From IMG/VR virus record IMGVR_UViG_3300039916_000017, positions 1-37,877 of that record: a stretch of DNA of 37,877 bases. One strand, 5' to 3'. The translations under genes and the position numbers were made by a program. Each line of letters starts with the position of its first letter. Position 1 is the first letter of the stretch. Source of the stretch: a virus. Taxonomy: Duplodnaviria; Caudoviricetes. This document shows positions 35,552-37,877 of the stretch, piece by piece. The notes under the pieces are model-generated. The model had not been told where the DNA came from. It saw only the letters and a list, made by a program, of their open reading frames with translations, and did no database searches.

Positions 35552-35779
35552 TTACAAATTGTTCGGCTTAGGCAGTCTCACTCCTCCCATAGTCGTCCAG
35601 AAACCTGGCGGTTCGTCAAAGACATCTGAGCCGTCTGCAAGTACAAAGTCGACCATTCCAGTTGGGACGGTGGCTCGATTCCCATTAAGAGGATTAGATG
35701 GTCGTCCGGGTAGCACGCGCTCTACTACCGTATAAAGTTGACCATCGGTTCCCTCAATTTTCCATTTACGTGTTGTCAT
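35552..35779 (-). CDS. Hypothetical protein (75 aa)
   Basis: GGAG RBS; own upstream promoter. Confidence 0.6.
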   Translation of the reverse strand: MTTRKWKIEGTDGQLYTVVERVLPGRPSNPLNGNRATVPTGMVDFVLADGSDVFDEPPGFWTTMGGVRLPKPNNL

Positions 35780-35810
35780 ACAGTCTCCGTTCTAGTTCTA
35801 TTTCACCAAT

Positions 35811-35839
35811 AAAAAAAGCCCCAAATGAATTTGGGGCTT
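35811..35839 (-). terminator. Intrinsic terminator in the leader of 35552..35779
   Basis: AAGCCCCAAAT-TC-ATTTGGGGCTT followed by TTTTT. Confidence 0.85.
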
Positions 35840-35871
35840 CGCATTTTTGCTGAGGTAATCTCAACGGACAA

Positions 35872-35900
35872 ATAATAGCATTCGCGTTCCTGTTTGTCAA
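35872..35900 (-). promoter_or_regulatory. Near-consensus sigma70 promoter
   Basis: TTGACA-N17-TATTAT with extended -10 TG. Confidence 0.8.
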
Positions 35901-35926
35901 ATTTCTAGGAAAGTCAAGATTTTTCA

Positions 35927-35987
35927 GCGTAACTTTGACGTAACTTCTTGGCGCCCTATTCCAATACGCCCCATGCATCATTGGCGT
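35927..35987. repeat. att-flanking module B
   Basis: GCGTAACTTT and ACGTAACTTC in tandem, CTATTCC, CCCCATGCATCAT; same order as module A. Confidence 0.65.
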
Positions 35988-36072
35988 CCCAGAAAATAAA
36001 GGGTTGCTGCAAGTGCGGCAACCCTTGTACTGCACGCTTCACTATCGACCGCTGACCGTTCCTTGACTTACG

Positions 36073-36354
36073 TCAGACGCGTGGAAGGCCGATCCATCGG
36101 TTTTCGCTGATATGACTCACGGTCACAGCATGACGTTTCCCGACCATCATCGCGCAGGCCACAGTGTCATTGTAGACTTGGTCGAAAGACTTCCAACCAT
36201 CGTAATTATAGTGGCCTGGCGACATCTTAAAGCGTTCGCCATTGTTGGCAGTGATCACGTCGGTTATACCGCAATTCTGGAGGTTCGTTGCGAGGTTGCT
36301 GTAGTCGAACCAGCTAGCGTCGTGCAGTTCGACGCGAATGGTACACATTGTCAT
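36073..36354 (-). CDS. GhoS/DUF2622-like (Cas2-like fold) putative endoribonuclease
   Basis: TIRVELHDA...DY..L...L...G....I...NG..F.M....Y pattern; TAAGGAG RBS. Confidence 0.7.
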   Translation of the reverse strand: MTMCTIRVELHDASWFDYSNLATNLQNCGITDVITANNGERFKMSPGHYNYDGWKSFDQVYNDTVACAMMVGKRHAVTVSHISENRWIGLPRV

Positions 36355-36419
36355 ATTGACTCCTTACACATCAAAATTTTCAAGGTGGGTAGCCTTGCAT
36401 TGAATTAATGGCATAAAAT

Positions 36420-36636
36420 GGAGTCCTGAAAACGAGCCTCGTCTTCAGGACGGTCTGCCTGATGATCTTCTGATCATATGGGTATTAGCCATATCTGATC
36501 CCTGCCTTTCTAGCAACTCGCTAAATCCGCCTCCAAAGCGGTTGGGTTCACTTCCGGAGCAAGTCGGTCGCCACAACTGACTTGCTCCAATTTCCATACT
36601 TCACGACCACTACATCTAGTGCTCTTCTGCATGTGA
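36420..36636 (-). ncRNA. Putative structured RNA or leader upstream of the GhoS-like gene
   Basis: At least five hairpins in about 200 nt between a promoter and a terminator-like 13-bp stem. Confidence 0.45.
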
Positions 36637-36671
36637 GTACTAATTGTAGGGGCTGCTACCCGCAGCGGCAA
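36608..36671 (-). promoter_or_regulatory. sigma70 promoter plus palindromic NrdR-box-like operator
   Basis: TTGCCG-N17-TACAAT (36671-36643); CACTACATCTAGTG at 36608-36621. Confidence 0.6.
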
Positions 36672-36866
36672 GTGAATAAATCGTCAATATTCTCCGTTTA
36701 TAAGCGTGTGAACTCTTGACTTTCTAGGGCTGCCCAAACGAAGGGCGGCGCGCGGTTAGCGAGCGCTAACATTGGCGAAACCGTAGTGCGCATTTTATGT
36801 GCATCTAGGGCAAAAATCTTAAACAAGCTGTGGATAAACCGCGCGGATTTGTCTGTCAATAGACAC

Positions 36867-37877
36867 TCAATCCAGTTTTGCAGCCATTGATTCCGCTGTT
36901 TCGTTGTAATAAACCTGCAGCTGTCGTAGGTCTTTATGTCCAACCATTCGCGCCAAGTCGAGCACGTTGAGCTTCCTCGCCAAGCGTGTGATTGCCAGGT
37001 GGCGGGTGTCGTGGAACGTGCCGTCGTCGATCATGGCGCGCTTCTTCGCTTTGCGGAATAGGGCGTCGAGTGATCCAGAAGTGAGGTCGAACAGTGGCTC
37101 GTCGTCAGGCACCTCCGGCAGCAGGCTTAGCAGCTCCGCCGCGCGGCGCGACAGTGGGACACCGCGCTTCGTTCCGTTCTTGGTCTGCCGGAGCGTGGCG
37201 GTCCGGCCCACGATATCGCTGGCCACCAAGCTGCAGATCTCGCCAGCCCGCATCGCAGTCTCGATCGCGAACAGGAATGCAACGGCTACGCGTTGGTATC
37301 CAGTGGTGGCCAGCTCGGTCTCCACTTGGTCGAAGCCGAGTGCAAAACATATCCGTTCGATCTCGTCGTCCGAATACAAGCGATCGCGCGCAGGCGGATC
37401 TGCCGGGCGCCGTACGTCAGTGGTCGGCGACTTGGCGATCCACTTCCATTCCTTTGTGGCCGATGCGAATACGTGGGACAGTAGGTTGAGGTCGCGGTTT
37501 ACGGAAGAGCCTTTTACCTCGTCGACGGTGAGACGCTGATCGCGCCAACGGCCCAGAATGTCCGACGTGATATCCGCCAGCTTCATATCGCTTAGAGGTG
37601 TCCCGGCGATTTCGTAGCGACCGATCGCCCCCATGCGCAGGATTTCTTGACGCTTGCCCCGCTTGTGTGCCGACACCTCTTTTTCGTACCTGCGGAAAGC
37701 GTCATCCAGGGTACGTCCCTTTTGAATCCCGGTTGCTTCGCCCTCGCGTATTTCCGTCTCGCGCTTCGCTGCCCAAGCCAGTGCCTCGGCTTTTGTGTTG
37801 AAGGTCTTTGAGTCCCTAACGCCCAGCGTCGCGATCTGCACTCGCCATGAACCGTCCCGTTTTGCTATCGATGCCAT
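36867..37877 (-). CDS. int: Tyrosine recombinase (phage integrase)
   Basis: N-terminal arm-binding-like segment; ETAMRAGE, TKNG, FHDTRH, GHKD and YYN catalytic motifs; points toward the att core. Confidence 0.96.
   Translation of the reverse strand: MASIAKRDGSWRVQIATLGVRDSKTFNTKAEALAWAAKRETEIREGEATGIQKGRTLDDAFRRYEKEVSAHKRGKRQEILRMGAIGRYEIAGTPLSDMKLADITSDILGRWRDQRLTVDEVKGSSVNRDLNLLSHVFASATKEWKWIAKSPTTDVRRPADPPARDRLYSDDEIERICFALGFDQVETELATTGYQRVAVAFLFAIETAMRAGEICSLVASDIVGRTATLRQTKNGTKRGVPLSRRAAELLSLLPEVPDDEPLFDLTSGSLDALFRKAKKRAMIDDGTFHDTRHLAITRLARKLNVLDLARMVGHKDLRQLQVYYNETAESMAAKLD

Larger units (their letters stand above)
1..37877. mobile_element. Temperate siphophage genome or prophage, spanning an attP-like junction
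   Basis: Ordered early, immunity, replication, packaging, head, tail, lysis, att and integrase modules; no host housekeeping genes seen. Confidence 0.97.

Noticed and set aside
35485-35560. Complete tRNA-His gene
   Set aside because: Similarity stops at 35534; no D arm or 5' acceptor strand.
35766-36035. 89-aa ORF
   Set aside because: Overlaps a promoter, a terminator and module B; no RBS or protein-like features.
36698-36943. 81-aa ORF overlapping the integrase end, as a possible excisionase
   Set aside because: No HTH/Xis pattern and it lies downstream of int; xis is more likely upstream, outside the window.

Overview
A near-complete temperate siphophage genome of about 38 kb, GC-rich and probably from a betaproteobacterial host (inference). 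Left to right it carries: (1) a leftward early operon with a C5 DNA methyltransferase, an RdgC-FtsK-gamma fusion, a ParB-like protein and small ORFs; (2) a cI/cro switch with five recognisable 16-bp operators and two low-GC genes behind cI; (3) a CII/YmfL-like gene and a Toprim primase-helicase followed by an iteron-type candidate origin; (4) a lambda-like cos/terminase region and a Mor-family activator with three matching late-promoter motifs; (5) head genes interrupted by a three-gene cassette that includes an SGNH-esterase/FN3 protein; (6) a tail with a frameshifting chaperone, a 1706-aa tape measure ending in DUF4214-like repeats and only three tip genes; (7) a holin/SAR endolysin/spanin lysis cassette; (8) an att core identical in form to the 3' part of tRNA-His, flanked by repeated arm-like modules and cargo; and (9) a tyrosine integrase. 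Phage-type sequence lies on both sides of the att core, so this is an attP junction (circular or excised form) or tandem prophages. The best novelty candidates are the head-module esterase cassette, a structured-RNA leader plus GhoS/Cas2-like gene next to the integrase, the RdgC-FtsK-gamma fusion, and the tape measure with S-layer-anchor-like repeats and a minimal tail tip. All family names come from motif recognition by eye, not database searches.
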